Program-made: the position numbers and the translations under genes
Shown here: in pieces, positions 20,678-30,996 of the stretch
Layout: each line of letters starts with the position of its first letter
Position numbering within the stretch: position 1 is the first letter of the stretch
IMG/VR virus record: IMGVR_UViG_3300001525_000584
Span: 153,630 to 217,629 of that record
DNA: 64,000 nt
DNA from: a virus
Taxonomy: Duplodnaviria > Caudoviricetes
Strand: one strand, 5' to 3'
Notes under the pieces: model-generated
The model's database searches: none
What the model was told of the DNA's origin: nothing
What the model saw: only the letters and a program-made list of their open reading frames with translations

Positions 20678-21043
20678 GTGGCTGTTATAACTAGTATTCA
20701 GTTTAAAAGAGGCCGTGAAGAGGCTCTTGATAAATGGACCGCAATACCATTGGCTGGGGAACCTATTTTCGATTTAGATAACTCTATATTAAAAATAGGA
20801 GATGGCATTCACACTTATAGAGAATTAAAAGCTATAGGCGGTGAGGGTGGTGGCGGTTTACAGCAAATAGTTTTTGATACTTATTTTAATTTTCCTAGTG
20901 TGGGAAAAATAAATATTCTATATATAGCTAAAGACAAACAAATGGCTTATATATGGGATGATTCAGACAGCTCTAATGCTAAATATGTAGAGATCGGTTT
21001 TGCCGGTGATTCTATAGATGGCGGCGGAGCAGCTTCATTTTAA
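20678..21043 (+). CDS. Mtd-N-like fibre protein
   Basis: IQFKRG...GEPIFD...LKIGDG; C-terminal IDGG. Confidence 0.6.
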   Translation: MAVITSIQFKRGREEALDKWTAIPLAGEPIFDLDNSILKIGDGIHTYRELKAIGGEGGGGLQQIVFDTYFNFPSVGKINILYIAKDKQMAYIWDDSDSSNAKYVEIGFAGDSIDGGGAASF

Positions 21044-21113
21044 CGCGTGTTGATTCTTATAAAAAAGAATTAATACATATACGCAATGCATTTTTTATAA
21101 AAGGAGATCTATA

Positions 21114-22370
21114 ATGGCAGAGTCAAAAAAGACGAGAATAATTCTGCGAAATGATTCTACCGGTGCATGGGCTGCAGTAGCAGATAGTGCTATTTTATTA
21201 AAGGGTGAAATTGGTATTGAATTTGATCCTAATGCAGACAGCGCCCATAAAGTTCGAATGAAAATAGGTGATGGTAAATCCGCCTGGGGTGCACTAGAAT
21301 ATTTCGGTGAATCCGCAGATCAGAGATTTGCTAAGACATATCAGGTTGATATCGAAGCGGGTGCTGATAAGGTAGCTGCCATCACAACTGCTGTAGGTTC
21401 TGATGAACTTAAGGCAGGCGACATCGCTGTAGTTAGAGAAGCTATTCACGGCGATGACAAAAAGCAATATACAGCATTTGTATATAACGGCACTGCATGG
21501 GCTGCCATGGATGGCAACTATAATGCAGAGAATGTATATTTTGCAAATGACTTTACATACACAGCTGCAATCGGTGTTTTAGATAAGCCTGCTAGCGGTA
21601 ATGCAACTTTAGCAGCAGCCGGTAAAAATATTAAAGAAGTTTTAGCAAGTATTTTAGCAAAGCAACAGAATCCTTCTGTTACTCAGCCTTCTGCTTCTAT
21701 TACTTTAAATCAGGCGACAGCTTATGAAGTTGGTGCAAAAGTAACTCCTACTTATACAGCTAAACTGAATGCAGGCTCATATACATATGGTCCGGCAACT
21801 GGTATCGTTGCATCAACTTATAGTGTTACTGATGGTGTTGAGGGTCACGATGCACAAACAGGCGCTACGGGCTCGTTCCCTGAGATGCAGGTCGTTGATG
21901 GAACAAATTATAAGTTAACTGCAACCATCTCCTACGAGCAAGGTGCCATCCCGAAGGATAACTTAGGTTCTGAAGTTCCTGCTCTAAGAATTGCAGCAGG
22001 TAGTAAATCTGCAACCTCCGGAGCCATCACAGGTTATCGTTCTATCTTCGCAGGTGCTTCTGTAACGCCTATTGCAATCGACAGTACAAATATTCGTGCA
22101 CTAACTGGTAAAAAGGGTGCATATACAGCATCATTTAATCTCGCGATCCCGGATGGTTGTACTCAGGTTGTTATTGCGCTGCCTAATGGCCATACTGTAA
22201 AGACTGTCGAGGATACAGGTGCTTTTGGTACAGATATTTTCTCTGTATTTACTTCTCAAAAAGCTCAGGTTGAAGGTCTGAATGGTTATACTGCAGCTGA
22301 ATATAATGTGTATGTTTACACTCCTGCATCTGCGCTCGGCTCTAATACCTATAAAATCACTTGTGCATAA
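21114..22370 (+). CDS. Mtd-N-like tail fibre protein
   Basis: RIILRND...LLKGEIG...MKIGDG..AW..LEY. Confidence 0.6.
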   Translation: MAESKKTRIILRNDSTGAWAAVADSAILLKGEIGIEFDPNADSAHKVRMKIGDGKSAWGALEYFGESADQRFAKTYQVDIEAGADKVAAITTAVGSDELKAGDIAVVREAIHGDDKKQYTAFVYNGTAWAAMDGNYNAENVYFANDFTYTAAIGVLDKPASGNATLAAAGKNIKEVLASILAKQQNPSVTQPSASITLNQATAYEVGAKVTPTYTAKLNAGSYTYGPATGIVASTYSVTDGVEGHDAQTGATGSFPEMQVVDGTNYKLTATISYEQGAIPKDNLGSEVPALRIAAGSKSATSGAITGYRSIFAGASVTPIAIDSTNIRALTGKKGAYTASFNLAIPDGCTQVVIALPNGHTVKTVEDTGAFGTDIFSVFTSQKAQVEGLNGYTAAEYNVYVYTPASALGSNTYKITCA

Positions 22371-22384
22371 GGAGAAAATAAATA

Positions 22385-24196
22385 ATGGCATACATAGATA
22401 ATTTTAGTAAACTAGACTGGGCGTTAGAGTTTAATAGAACAGGTAAGTTCCCCCTCGACCGCTCATCCATGTTTGGATCCTATGCTGATGCATTAGCTTA
22501 TGCAAAGCAGGATGGTTCCGACTCTAGAAAAATCGGTGGTACTTCTTATGTCGGTCAAATAGTTTCTGTATTTGGTCCTGGTGCTGATGGTGCTACTGAT
22601 GAGATCGCAGCATATATTATCACGGCAGTTGGTGCTGGTGCAAGCTTAATGAAGTTTGCTCAGAGTTCTGCAAGTGGTGACGTCGAAGAAGAGATTCAGG
22701 CATTAGGTGCGCGAATCACTACTATAGAGGACAAATTAAAGGTTGCTACAACAGAAGCTGATGGTTTTCTTAGTAAAGAAGATTTTGCAAAGTTAGCAGC
22801 TATTGAAGAGAATGCCCAGGTCAACAAAATTGAAGTTATTCAGGTTGACGGTACTGCACTGCCTATTGGCAATAACAAAAATGTTAACATCGACTTAGCA
22901 GGTGCTCTTGAGCCTTATGCAAAGTCTGCAGATGTTACTACGGAGCTGGGTAAAAAGGCTGATGCATCCACTGTTACAGCCCTCGAAGGCAAAGTAACAA
23001 AGAACACTGAAGACATCAGTACCATTAACACTAAGTTAACTGGCCTGACGGGTGCTATGCACTTTGTCGGCACCTCCACTACAGATCCTATGGGTGAGAG
23101 TGGTGCTACTGTTGAAGGTCATGAGACTTTTGAGTCTGGCGATGTTTGTCTCTTCGGTAACAAAGAGTTTGTATATAATGGCGCAGCATGGGTTGAGCTC
23201 GGCGACGAGGGTTCCCATTTAACTAAGACCGAAGCTGCTGAAACATATCTAAAGAAGACCGATGCAGCTAATACCTATATCACAGCAGATAAAGCTGCTG
23301 AAGATATTGCAGCTGCAAAGCAGGAGGCCATCACAGAGGCTGGTACTGCAGCAGATGGTAAAATCACTGAAGCATTAAAAGATTATACTAAGACAACTGA
23401 TCTGAATACTGCGCTCGATGCTAAGGCTGCAAAGTCTGACCTCGAAACAACTGAAGCGAAAGCTACGGCAAACGCTGCGGCAATTAAGGTGCTACAGGAT
23501 GTAGGTGCAGAGAAGAATGTTGTTCAAACAGTTTCTGAAGAGTTTGAACTCAGTGCTGAGCGCGAGTTATCTGTTAAAGCTATTGATAAGTCCAAAGTTA
23601 CGGGCTTAGAGACCGCTTTAGATAATAAAGTTGATAAAGCTAATGGCCAGCGTTTAATCACTGCTGATGAAGCCACTAAGCTCGGTAAGTTAACTCTTAA
23701 AGATGATGGCAGCATGGAGGTCGATGGCACCATCTCTTCTGATAATGTTGAAGAGATCGATACATGGATCGAACAGAACCGTGATACCGTTGCAGGTCTT
23801 TATAAAGCTGCTGATGAAACAAAGTTAGCAGGTATCGCTGCAGGTGCTCAGGTCAACGTCATCGAAAAGATTAAGGTTAATGGCGCTGACTTAACTCCTG
23901 ATGCGGAGAAGCGTGTTGACCTCGGTAGCCTGGCTACTACTACTGCTGTTGAAGCAGCTAAGCAGGCTGCGGATGATGCTGCTACCGCTGCTGCTGAAGC
24001 TAAGGCCGCTGTTGAAACAGAACGTGAGCGGGCAACTGGTGTTGAAGCTACTCTGGCTGTGAAGGCAGATGTTGATGAAGCTTTAGCAAAGAAGCAGGAT
24101 ACGCTTACTAAAGGCGCAGGCATTAACATCGCAGAGAATGTGATTAGCATCGATCTGTCTGAGATTATTCTCGACGGTGGTTCCGCAAGCATTTAA
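22385..24196 (+). CDS. tail fibre protein, coiled-coil with repeats
   Basis: PLD N-terminal motif; KLAGIAAGAQVN repeats; AMHFVG; C-terminal LDGG. Confidence 0.6.
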   Translation: MAYIDNFSKLDWALEFNRTGKFPLDRSSMFGSYADALAYAKQDGSDSRKIGGTSYVGQIVSVFGPGADGATDEIAAYIITAVGAGASLMKFAQSSASGDVEEEIQALGARITTIEDKLKVATTEADGFLSKEDFAKLAAIEENAQVNKIEVIQVDGTALPIGNNKNVNIDLAGALEPYAKSADVTTELGKKADASTVTALEGKVTKNTEDISTINTKLTGLTGAMHFVGTSTTDPMGESGATVEGHETFESGDVCLFGNKEFVYNGAAWVELGDEGSHLTKTEAAETYLKKTDAANTYITADKAAEDIAAAKQEAITEAGTAADGKITEALKDYTKTTDLNTALDAKAAKSDLETTEAKATANAAAIKVLQDVGAEKNVVQTVSEEFELSAERELSVKAIDKSKVTGLETALDNKVDKANGQRLITADEATKLGKLTLKDDGSMEVDGTISSDNVEEIDTWIEQNRDTVAGLYKAADETKLAGIAAGAQVNVIEKIKVNGADLTPDAEKRVDLGSLATTTAVEAAKQAADDAATAAAEAKAAVETERERATGVEATLAVKADVDEALAKKQDTLTKGAGINIAENVISIDLSEIILDGGSASI

Positions 24197-24223
24197 AAAA
24201 TTTATTAACTTAGAGGATATAGT

Positions 24224-24754
24224 ATGAGTACAACAGTCTTAACTACGATAAAGCTTCGTAAAGACAGCGAAGTTAATTATGATAAAATTGCAAGTACTTT
24301 TGTACCTCGGAACGGCGAAGTTTGCCTCGTCGATACTACATCCACTGGTCTAAGAGCAAAAGTGGGGGATGGCAAAACATTTTTTGCCTCCCTCCCCTAC
24401 AGCGATAATGATAACAGTTTTAAGTTGCCGGTTGTATTAGGTTATTATAAAGAAAATGCTTTTTATTCAGATGCAACCTTTACTACGACTGTTAATTTAT
24501 ATACACATCAGCTCTACGCAGATAAGACATCTCATAGTTTATATTATTATGATGGGGCTGACCTAATTTGCACCACAGCAGATATCCCGAATGCTTCAAG
24601 TACTACAGCAGGGCTTATGAAACTGTATAGTACAAAGGGTGATAACACAGATGGCACTGTTACTCAACAGTTTTTCACATCGAGCATAGACGACATCACT
24701 TTTGGCATAGATGTAGATGATGATGAATGCTTAGTTCTAAATAAACCCTGGTAA
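24224..24754 (+). CDS. Mtd-N-like fibre protein
   Basis: IKLRKD...PRNGEVC...KVGDG...LPY; ASSTTAGLMKL repeat. Confidence 0.6.
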   Translation: MSTTVLTTIKLRKDSEVNYDKIASTFVPRNGEVCLVDTTSTGLRAKVGDGKTFFASLPYSDNDNSFKLPVVLGYYKENAFYSDATFTTTVNLYTHQLYADKTSHSLYYYDGADLICTTADIPNASSTTAGLMKLYSTKGDNTDGTVTQQFFTSSIDDITFGIDVDDDECLVLNKPW

Positions 24755-24773
24755 AATACATATTTACTAGGAG

Positions 24774-25118
24774 ATGGGATTTATAATGGCCAACAATAGA
24801 ATTAAAAAAATAAAATTAAGTAACGGTACAGTCTATTCGATTTTTGATGATGGTGCTCTACGATTAAATGATGAAGGCATTTTAATTACTGGTAACGCCG
24901 TTGTAGATCAGGTCATCCTGCAGGGTGGCTTAACCATAGCAGAAGTGGATGATGTAGACGTTAATAAATTAGAATATACAAAAGTATTAGTACAGGATTC
25001 TACAACAGGCAAAGTTGTAGGAAAAGCTAAAAATAAATTATTAGAAGATATCGGAGGTATATCCTATAGTATGGATGAATCTGATGGTATCTTATCTTTT
25101 AAGTTTGGCGCACAATAA
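24774..25118 (+). CDS. hypothetical fibre-associated protein
   Basis: IKKIKLSNGTVYSI N-terminus, similar to the starts of 25139 and 31877. Confidence 0.5.
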   Translation: MGFIMANNRIKKIKLSNGTVYSIFDDGALRLNDEGILITGNAVVDQVILQGGLTIAEVDDVDVNKLEYTKVLVQDSTTGKVVGKAKNKLLEDIGGISYSMDESDGILSFKFGAQ

Positions 25119-25138
25119 AAAAGAAAAGGGTAAAATTT

Positions 25139-27127
25139 ATGGCAAAGATTATTAAGCAAATTAACCTGGGTACAGCTTCTAATCCCGATCTTTATGATAT
25201 TTATGACGCTTATGCACGTAGGCGTTTAGAGGGTGCTGGTACTGTATATAGTATCAGTCATGCTGCTCGGTTTAATTCTGCCCACACTTATTTTGATGTC
25301 ACTACACAGGCTGTTGTTACATTAACAGCTGATCTCGTGGCAAACGCTTCTTTTAATAGCTATAATACAGATGTCAGTGTTGCAGCTACAAAATATTTAA
25401 TCACATTAAATCAAACCGCTACAGCAAATCAGTATTATGTTATTAAGGTTGCTAATTTAACCATCGGTGATTCTGTATTCGTAAAAGAGTCTGGTGTTTC
25501 TGACCGTTGGATCTCTGCATTAACTGCAGATAATGGTACATTTAGTAAGTTAGAGGAAAAGATCGATCTTAGTTCCTATGCCACTAAGTCTGTTGCAGGT
25601 AAAGCAGGTACTTATGCTACTGCTGCAGCTACAGGCTCCACGGGTTCTGCAGGCGAACAAACCGCAACAGGTTCTGCGTCTGTAACTTATTCAAAGGCAG
25701 CTACTGCAACTGGTTCTGCAGGCGGCGCTACAGTAACCACGACCGCTGTTACCGGCTCTACAGCAGCTAATACAGGAACTGCGGGCGGAGCAACTGTTAA
25801 TGGTTCTAACTTCACATTTACCGGTACTGCAGCTACGTTGACTATGGAGGCTGAAGCCGCTACTATTGATGATCACACCTTCACACCCGCCGGTACTGTG
25901 TCTACGGTTTCCGCAGCTTCTCATACACATACAGTCACATTAAACACAGGTACTTTAACAGTTGTTACAGGTGTTGATGCTGCTACAGGCAACACAGGCG
26001 CACACACGCACAGCGTAACAGGTAAAGTTACTGCTGCAGGCTCTATTAGTGCAGGTACTGTTACTGCAGATGCGCCGGCTAACTATACCCCCGCAGGTAG
26101 CATCTCTGCTGTTACTGCTTCTGCACACAGTCACACTGTTAATGCTGCTACCTCTTCTCAGACTGTTGTAACTGGTGTTAATAATGCAGCTTCTGCAGGT
26201 GCACACAGTCACACTGTTGCATCCCATAATCACGGAACGAATGTAACTGCTGTCACAGGTTATTCAAAGTTCAGTGGTGGTTCATTAACCGGTACAAAGA
26301 CATTCGTCACAGGATATGCGAACTTTAGTGGTGGTTCTTTAACAGGTACAAAAACCTTCGTCACTGCTGCTACTGTATCTTCTGATGGCGTATTATCCTG
26401 GAACACAGGCACAGTTGGATTTACTGCAGCTTCTTTAGGAACTGCTTCTACTGGAACTGTTGGATTTACTGCTGCCTCTTTGGGTGCTGCTGATACGGCT
26501 ACTGTTGCTGCTGCTCCTGCTGCTGCTACGCTTACGACCGCTTCTGCTGGTGCACATACACACACCGTTGGTGCTTCTGGAACTGCTACGATCACTTATA
26601 TGACTGGTGCAACTCTCAGTACTGCAGGCGCTATTAATGTAACTCCTACATTTACTGGTACTGCAGCTCGTCTGAACTTCACAGGTTCCGAAGTTTCTCT
26701 GGCAAGTGGCACTGCGGCTTCTGCTGGATCACACACCCACAGCGTCGGCAAAACCACAGCTACTCTGACCTATGCAACAGGCGTTAAGAGTGTATCTTCT
26801 AACGGTGCATTCTCTGTAACTCCTACGTTCTTAGGTACGGCAGCTACTCTGGCACACGCATTTACAGATGCCGATGATGGACTATCTCTGACAACCAACT
26901 TCACTCCTGCAGGTTCTATCGGCGGTTCTCAGACCATCGCGGCGCACAGCCACTCCTACAACGCTCCTGCATCCCACAGCCACTCTGTTACGATTAGCGG
27001 CCACACTCACAGCATTACGCTTACGGATGCAACTGCTACTGGTACTGCTTCTGTTGCTGTCAGTGCACACACCCACAGCCTGGGCAACCATACGCACAAC
27101 GTTACTATTCCGAACTGTGCAGCCTAA
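25139..27127 (+). CDS. Thr/Ala/Ser-rich tail fibre with 12 HxH motifs
   Basis: HTH/HSH/HNH motifs and FTPAG/FTG repeats as in metal-binding needle fibres. Confidence 0.7.
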   Translation: MAKIIKQINLGTASNPDLYDIYDAYARRRLEGAGTVYSISHAARFNSAHTYFDVTTQAVVTLTADLVANASFNSYNTDVSVAATKYLITLNQTATANQYYVIKVANLTIGDSVFVKESGVSDRWISALTADNGTFSKLEEKIDLSSYATKSVAGKAGTYATAAATGSTGSAGEQTATGSASVTYSKAATATGSAGGATVTTTAVTGSTAANTGTAGGATVNGSNFTFTGTAATLTMEAEAATIDDHTFTPAGTVSTVSAASHTHTVTLNTGTLTVVTGVDAATGNTGAHTHSVTGKVTAAGSISAGTVTADAPANYTPAGSISAVTASAHSHTVNAATSSQTVVTGVNNAASAGAHSHTVASHNHGTNVTAVTGYSKFSGGSLTGTKTFVTGYANFSGGSLTGTKTFVTAATVSSDGVLSWNTGTVGFTAASLGTASTGTVGFTAASLGAADTATVAAAPAAATLTTASAGAHTHTVGASGTATITYMTGATLSTAGAINVTPTFTGTAARLNFTGSEVSLASGTAASAGSHTHSVGKTTATLTYATGVKSVSSNGAFSVTPTFLGTAATLAHAFTDADDGLSLTTNFTPAGSIGGSQTIAAHSHSYNAPASHSHSVTISGHTHSITLTDATATGTASVAVSAHTHSLGNHTHNVTIPNCAA

Positions 27128-27144
27128 GTTAATAGAGGTGATTT

Positions 27145-27222
27145 ATGAGTAAAGTGATTATTACGGATAAGGGTAAAAATGTTAAAGGTGGAACTAAACC
27201 ATTAACCATTAAAACCAAATAA
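27145..27222 (+). CDS. 25-aa basic peptide (not in ORF track)
   Basis: GAGGTG SD, then MSKVIITDKGKNVKGGTKPLTIKTK, stop, terminator. Confidence 0.45.
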   Translation: MSKVIITDKGKNVKGGTKPLTIKTK

Positions 27223-27249
27223 GGTATTTAGTCCTTTTGAATAAAACGG

Positions 27250-27278
27250 AAAAGACGGCGGTAAAATGCCGTCTTTTC
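27250..27278 (+). terminator. intrinsic terminator
   Basis: AAAAGACGGC...GCCGTCTTTT hairpin. Confidence 0.75.
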
Positions 27279-27330
27279 TAATTGTATATATTTATGATGA
27301 AGAATAGATCTATGGCAAAGGAGATTATAC

Positions 27331-28509
27331 ATGAAGTTTACCTACGCAACCCTATTAACGTCAGATAATTATTTACCTGGCGTAGCCTTATTAAAAGCTT
27401 CTTTAGAGCGTGTAGAAGCGCAGTATCCTCTATTAGTTTTAACTACGGGTAACTTATCTGAAAAGACTATGGAGGAACTGGAAAAGTTAAATGTTGAAGT
27501 AAGAGAAGTTCCACAAATTCATATACAGAAAATAGAAGAGCATAATAATAAAATAAATCCTACTATGGCAGCAGTTTGGGCAGATGTGCTAGCAAAGTTT
27601 AATGTATGGACGCTAATAGATTATAAAAAAATTATTATGTGCGACTGTGATTTAATGTTTATCAAAAATGTAGATCACTGTATTGATTTACCTAATATGA
27701 CTGCAGCCTTAGATGGAGAATACTTTAATCTTTGGGCTAACTGGCCTCATTTTAATTCAGGATTTTTTGTTCTCGAACCAAACATGGATACTTTTAATGA
27801 TATTATGACTTTTGCAAATGAATTAGATCCTACAGTGTTAAGAGATCATTTAGGTCGTCCTTATGTCGTAGCAGACCAGGAGATTTTAAATCTTTATTAT
27901 AAAGACTGGATAAATAAACCTGAGTTACATCTAAATAAATATTATAATGTTTTTGCCCCACATATTCACAAAGCAACATTAAAAGATCTTTTAGATAATG
28001 CCTACTTTTTCCATTATACCGGCAGTAAGCCCTGGACCACTTTAACAGATGCGGTTCCTGCATGCGATGAATGGATCCCTGAATATCCTTATGCGTTAGC
28101 TCGGGCACTTCTCGTTCTGTATAGTGAAAACGATCACAAACTGACAAATATACAGGACTGGATGATCGAAGCAGAAGCTCTTAGACAACTAATAACTTAT
28201 TATTCTAACTTTGAAGAAGCTTATGATATTTTACATTTACTACCTAATGAAAATATCTCAGAGTATCTAAAAAAAGATATAGAAGAGTTACATTATAAAG
28301 AACATTTATTTAAATTAATGCTACCTGTTCTTAAAAAGACTTATGAAGATAAAGCTTTAGAAGGGGATATCACTGTAGAAAATTATTCAAAGATGTACTA
28401 CTGGGAAAATTATAAAAAGCTTTTCTATGAAGAACGGGTAAATGTTTTAAATGACATATTAAACATGTATAATACTTTATCCAACTATATTTATGATGAA
28501 GGACGGTGA
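27331..28509 (+). CDS. glycosyltransferase family 8 (glycogenin-like)
   Basis: YATLLTSDNYLPG, DCD, FNSG, DQEILN, HYTGSKPW motifs. Confidence 0.85.
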   Translation: MKFTYATLLTSDNYLPGVALLKASLERVEAQYPLLVLTTGNLSEKTMEELEKLNVEVREVPQIHIQKIEEHNNKINPTMAAVWADVLAKFNVWTLIDYKKIIMCDCDLMFIKNVDHCIDLPNMTAALDGEYFNLWANWPHFNSGFFVLEPNMDTFNDIMTFANELDPTVLRDHLGRPYVVADQEILNLYYKDWINKPELHLNKYYNVFAPHIHKATLKDLLDNAYFFHYTGSKPWTTLTDAVPACDEWIPEYPYALARALLVLYSENDHKLTNIQDWMIEAEALRQLITYYSNFEEAYDILHLLPNENISEYLKKDIEELHYKEHLFKLMLPVLKKTYEDKALEGDITVENYSKMYYWENYKKLFYEERVNVLNDILNMYNTLSNYIYDEGR

Positions 28510-29630
28510 ACATGTCTGTAAAAATTTGTGTATATGCGATTTGTAAAAATGAAGCGAAGTTTGTGCAGAAGTGGCTCGATAATATGTCTGAGGCTGATTA
28601 TATCACAGTTTTAGATACAGGGTCAACAGATAACACAGTAGAACTTTTAAAGGCAGATCCTCGGGTAACTCGTGTTGAGGTAAAAGAGATAAGCCCCTGG
28701 AGATTTGACGTGGCTCGAAACGAATCTATGAAACTAGTGCCCGATGATGCGGATGTATTAGTGTGTACAGATTTGGATGAATTATTTGTTCCCGGTTGGG
28801 CTCAGGTGATTAGAGATAACTGGAACGGAGACTTTAATAGATTCTTTTATACCTATGCCTGGAGTCATTCAGAAACAGGGGAACCTACAGATGTATTTAA
28901 ATATGATAAAATTCATAATCGGGAGTTTCACTGGCATTTTCCTGTACATGAAGTATTATGGCCGAATGATGATAATGTACAGTTAAAATTCTTCGATGCT
29001 GAAGATGCTATTTATTTGCATCATTATCCGGATAAAGAAAAGTCACGTTCTTATTATTTTGATCTGTTAAAATTAGCCGTAGAAGAAAATCCTGATGATT
29101 CACATGAACAGATGCTATTAGCTCGTGAATATCTATTAGCAGATGATCATAAAAATGCTTTGGAAAATTATCTTAAAGTTCTGCATATGCCTGATGTAGA
29201 TACAGAAGAAAAAAGATTAGTTCTTTTAGAGAGTCTAGGCAGAGTTGCAGACTGCTATAGATTTTTAAGAAACTATGATGAAGCTATTTGGTATTATCAG
29301 GAGTGGATAAAAGAAGATCGTACTTATAGAGAACCATATTTAGGCTTAGCAGAGATTTATAATGATATGCACATGTATAGTCTTGCAGAAGCTATGGCTT
29401 TAGCCGCTGTTAAAAATGGTACTAGAAAATATACCTGGGTGGAGCGTGCTGATTCATGGGTTTCACAACCTGAAGATGTTTTAGCAGTTGCTTTATTTAA
29501 CTTAGGTGATTATGAACAGGCTTTATCTTATGCAGATATTTGTCTGACACATCATCCGGATGATCCGCGACTCTTAAAAAATTATCATCTTATATCGCAG
29601 GCCTGTAAAGCTCAAAAAGCTGGGGGCTGA
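28506..29630 (+). CDS. glycosyltransferase family 2 with TPR repeats
   Basis: VYAICKNE, LDTGSTD, FDVARN, DLDE, VHE motifs; helical TPR C-terminus. Confidence 0.85.
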   Translation: MNMSVKICVYAICKNEAKFVQKWLDNMSEADYITVLDTGSTDNTVELLKADPRVTRVEVKEISPWRFDVARNESMKLVPDDADVLVCTDLDELFVPGWAQVIRDNWNGDFNRFFYTYAWSHSETGEPTDVFKYDKIHNREFHWHFPVHEVLWPNDDNVQLKFFDAEDAIYLHHYPDKEKSRSYYFDLLKLAVEENPDDSHEQMLLAREYLLADDHKNALENYLKVLHMPDVDTEEKRLVLLESLGRVADCYRFLRNYDEAIWYYQEWIKEDRTYREPYLGLAEIYNDMHMYSLAEAMALAAVKNGTRKYTWVERADSWVSQPEDVLAVALFNLGDYEQALSYADICLTHHPDDPRLLKNYHLISQACKAQKAGG

Positions 29631-29730
29631 AAAATGTAGAAAAATGTAGAAAAAGGGGCTGAGATATTAAATCAGCCTCTTTTAAAATTTTTTATGACGT
29701 GTCTCTTCATCGCTATATCATACAAAGGGG

Positions 29731-29850
29731 ATAAATAAATTCGTTTGGGACTTATCGACGGATATGTTTGGCCGATGTATCATGTTGTATAAGCCGCCAA
29801 AAACGCGTTTATTTGAATGTTCTGTGTTAAGGCGGGCATAAACACAGCCG
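29731..29850 (+). ncRNA. candidate structured RNA leader
   Basis: Long G-U-containing hairpin (29733-29814), second hairpin (29822-29847), complementary CCGCC/GGCGG. Confidence 0.35.
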
Positions 29851-29919
29851 GCGTGCAAATGTTTGTTAAAACGCAAAATATTCGCTCTATAACTAAATTT
29901 AATAAAGGAGAATCACGGT

Positions 29920-30438
29920 ATGATTATTGATGGTCACAACGTAGCAAGTACTGGCACAACTGCTTTAGGTATCATTGGTACTACTTTAGGCGGCGCAGCC
30001 CTGGCGTTCAACAACGGCGCTCTTGGCAACATCCTCGGCGCACGGCAGACAGCAGCATCCACTCCTTATTATGAGGCCAGCACTGTTTGCATGCATGACT
30101 TAGACATGGCAAAACAGCTTTATGAAAAGGACAGTGAGCTTTCCCAGTTAAAATCCGAACAGTATACCAACGGTGTAGCCAACGATCTGCGTAACTATGT
30201 AGATCGGCTTTTCTATAATGGCTACAAAGAAGTAAAATCTGATCTCAGCGGAGTTAATGATAAGATTAACGAAGCGGCTACCGCACAGGCAGTTATTAAT
30301 GCTACTGTAAATAGTGGTTTGTCTGCGCTCACAGCTCAGGCGGCTCAAACAGCTGCTGTGGTTGCTAACATCACTAAGACAGCAGTTCCCAGAACCGCGA
30401 TTTGTAACTTTGGTTGCAACTGCTCAAGCGATGATTAA
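29920..30438 (+). CDS. hypothetical protein with Gly-rich hydrophobic N-terminus and coiled coil
   Basis: TALGIIGTTLGG segment; Cys-rich tail. Confidence 0.6.
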   Translation: MIIDGHNVASTGTTALGIIGTTLGGAALAFNNGALGNILGARQTAASTPYYEASTVCMHDLDMAKQLYEKDSELSQLKSEQYTNGVANDLRNYVDRLFYNGYKEVKSDLSGVNDKINEAATAQAVINATVNSGLSALTAQAAQTAAVVANITKTAVPRTAICNFGCNCSSDD

Positions 30439-30470
30439 TTAACATCTCAACTTTATAGGAGGTGTTGATT

Positions 30471-30905
30471 ATGAAGTTTGTTCAGTACACGAATAGTAGC
30501 ATAGGGGCTGTAGCAGCCTCTACTGCGATGCCGCTAGGTATAGTAACGCAAAAGACCATGTGTGATGGTTGTGCTAAACCTACATTTAGTGGCACTACTA
30601 CGAATATCGACGTAGTAAATCTGAATGAAACAGGAAAATATAGAATCACCTATAGCGCTTCTGTACAGGCTGCCGCGGCTGGCAACGCAGTCTTTTCACT
30701 AATAGTGAATAATGTAGTAGTTGATTCTACTACGATCACTACTACAGCGAGCGGCTATTCAGATGTGTCTTTAGATTATGTAGTTAGAGTTTGCAACAAC
30801 TGCTCTTCTATAACTACGAATTTCCCTGCAACAGTTCAGGTTAAGTTGGACACGGTAGCTTTGACGGGCGGAAATTCTAATTTAATAATTAAGAAAATCG
30901 CATAA
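30471..30905 (+). CDS. BclA-C/C1q-like beta-sandwich protein
   Basis: ETGKYRITYSASV...NLIIKKIA; start at ATG after AGGAGGTG. Confidence 0.5.
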   Translation: MKFVQYTNSSIGAVAASTAMPLGIVTQKTMCDGCAKPTFSGTTTNIDVVNLNETGKYRITYSASVQAAAAGNAVFSLIVNNVVVDSTTITTTASGYSDVSLDYVVRVCNNCSSITTNFPATVQVKLDTVALTGGNSNLIIKKIA

Positions 30906-30996
30906 TATAGCTAAGTAGAGTGTCGGGGGTGATTAGTAGTAAATATATTAGTCACCCCTTTTCTAATACTATTTTATAGGGGGTTTTCCTTTGGAT

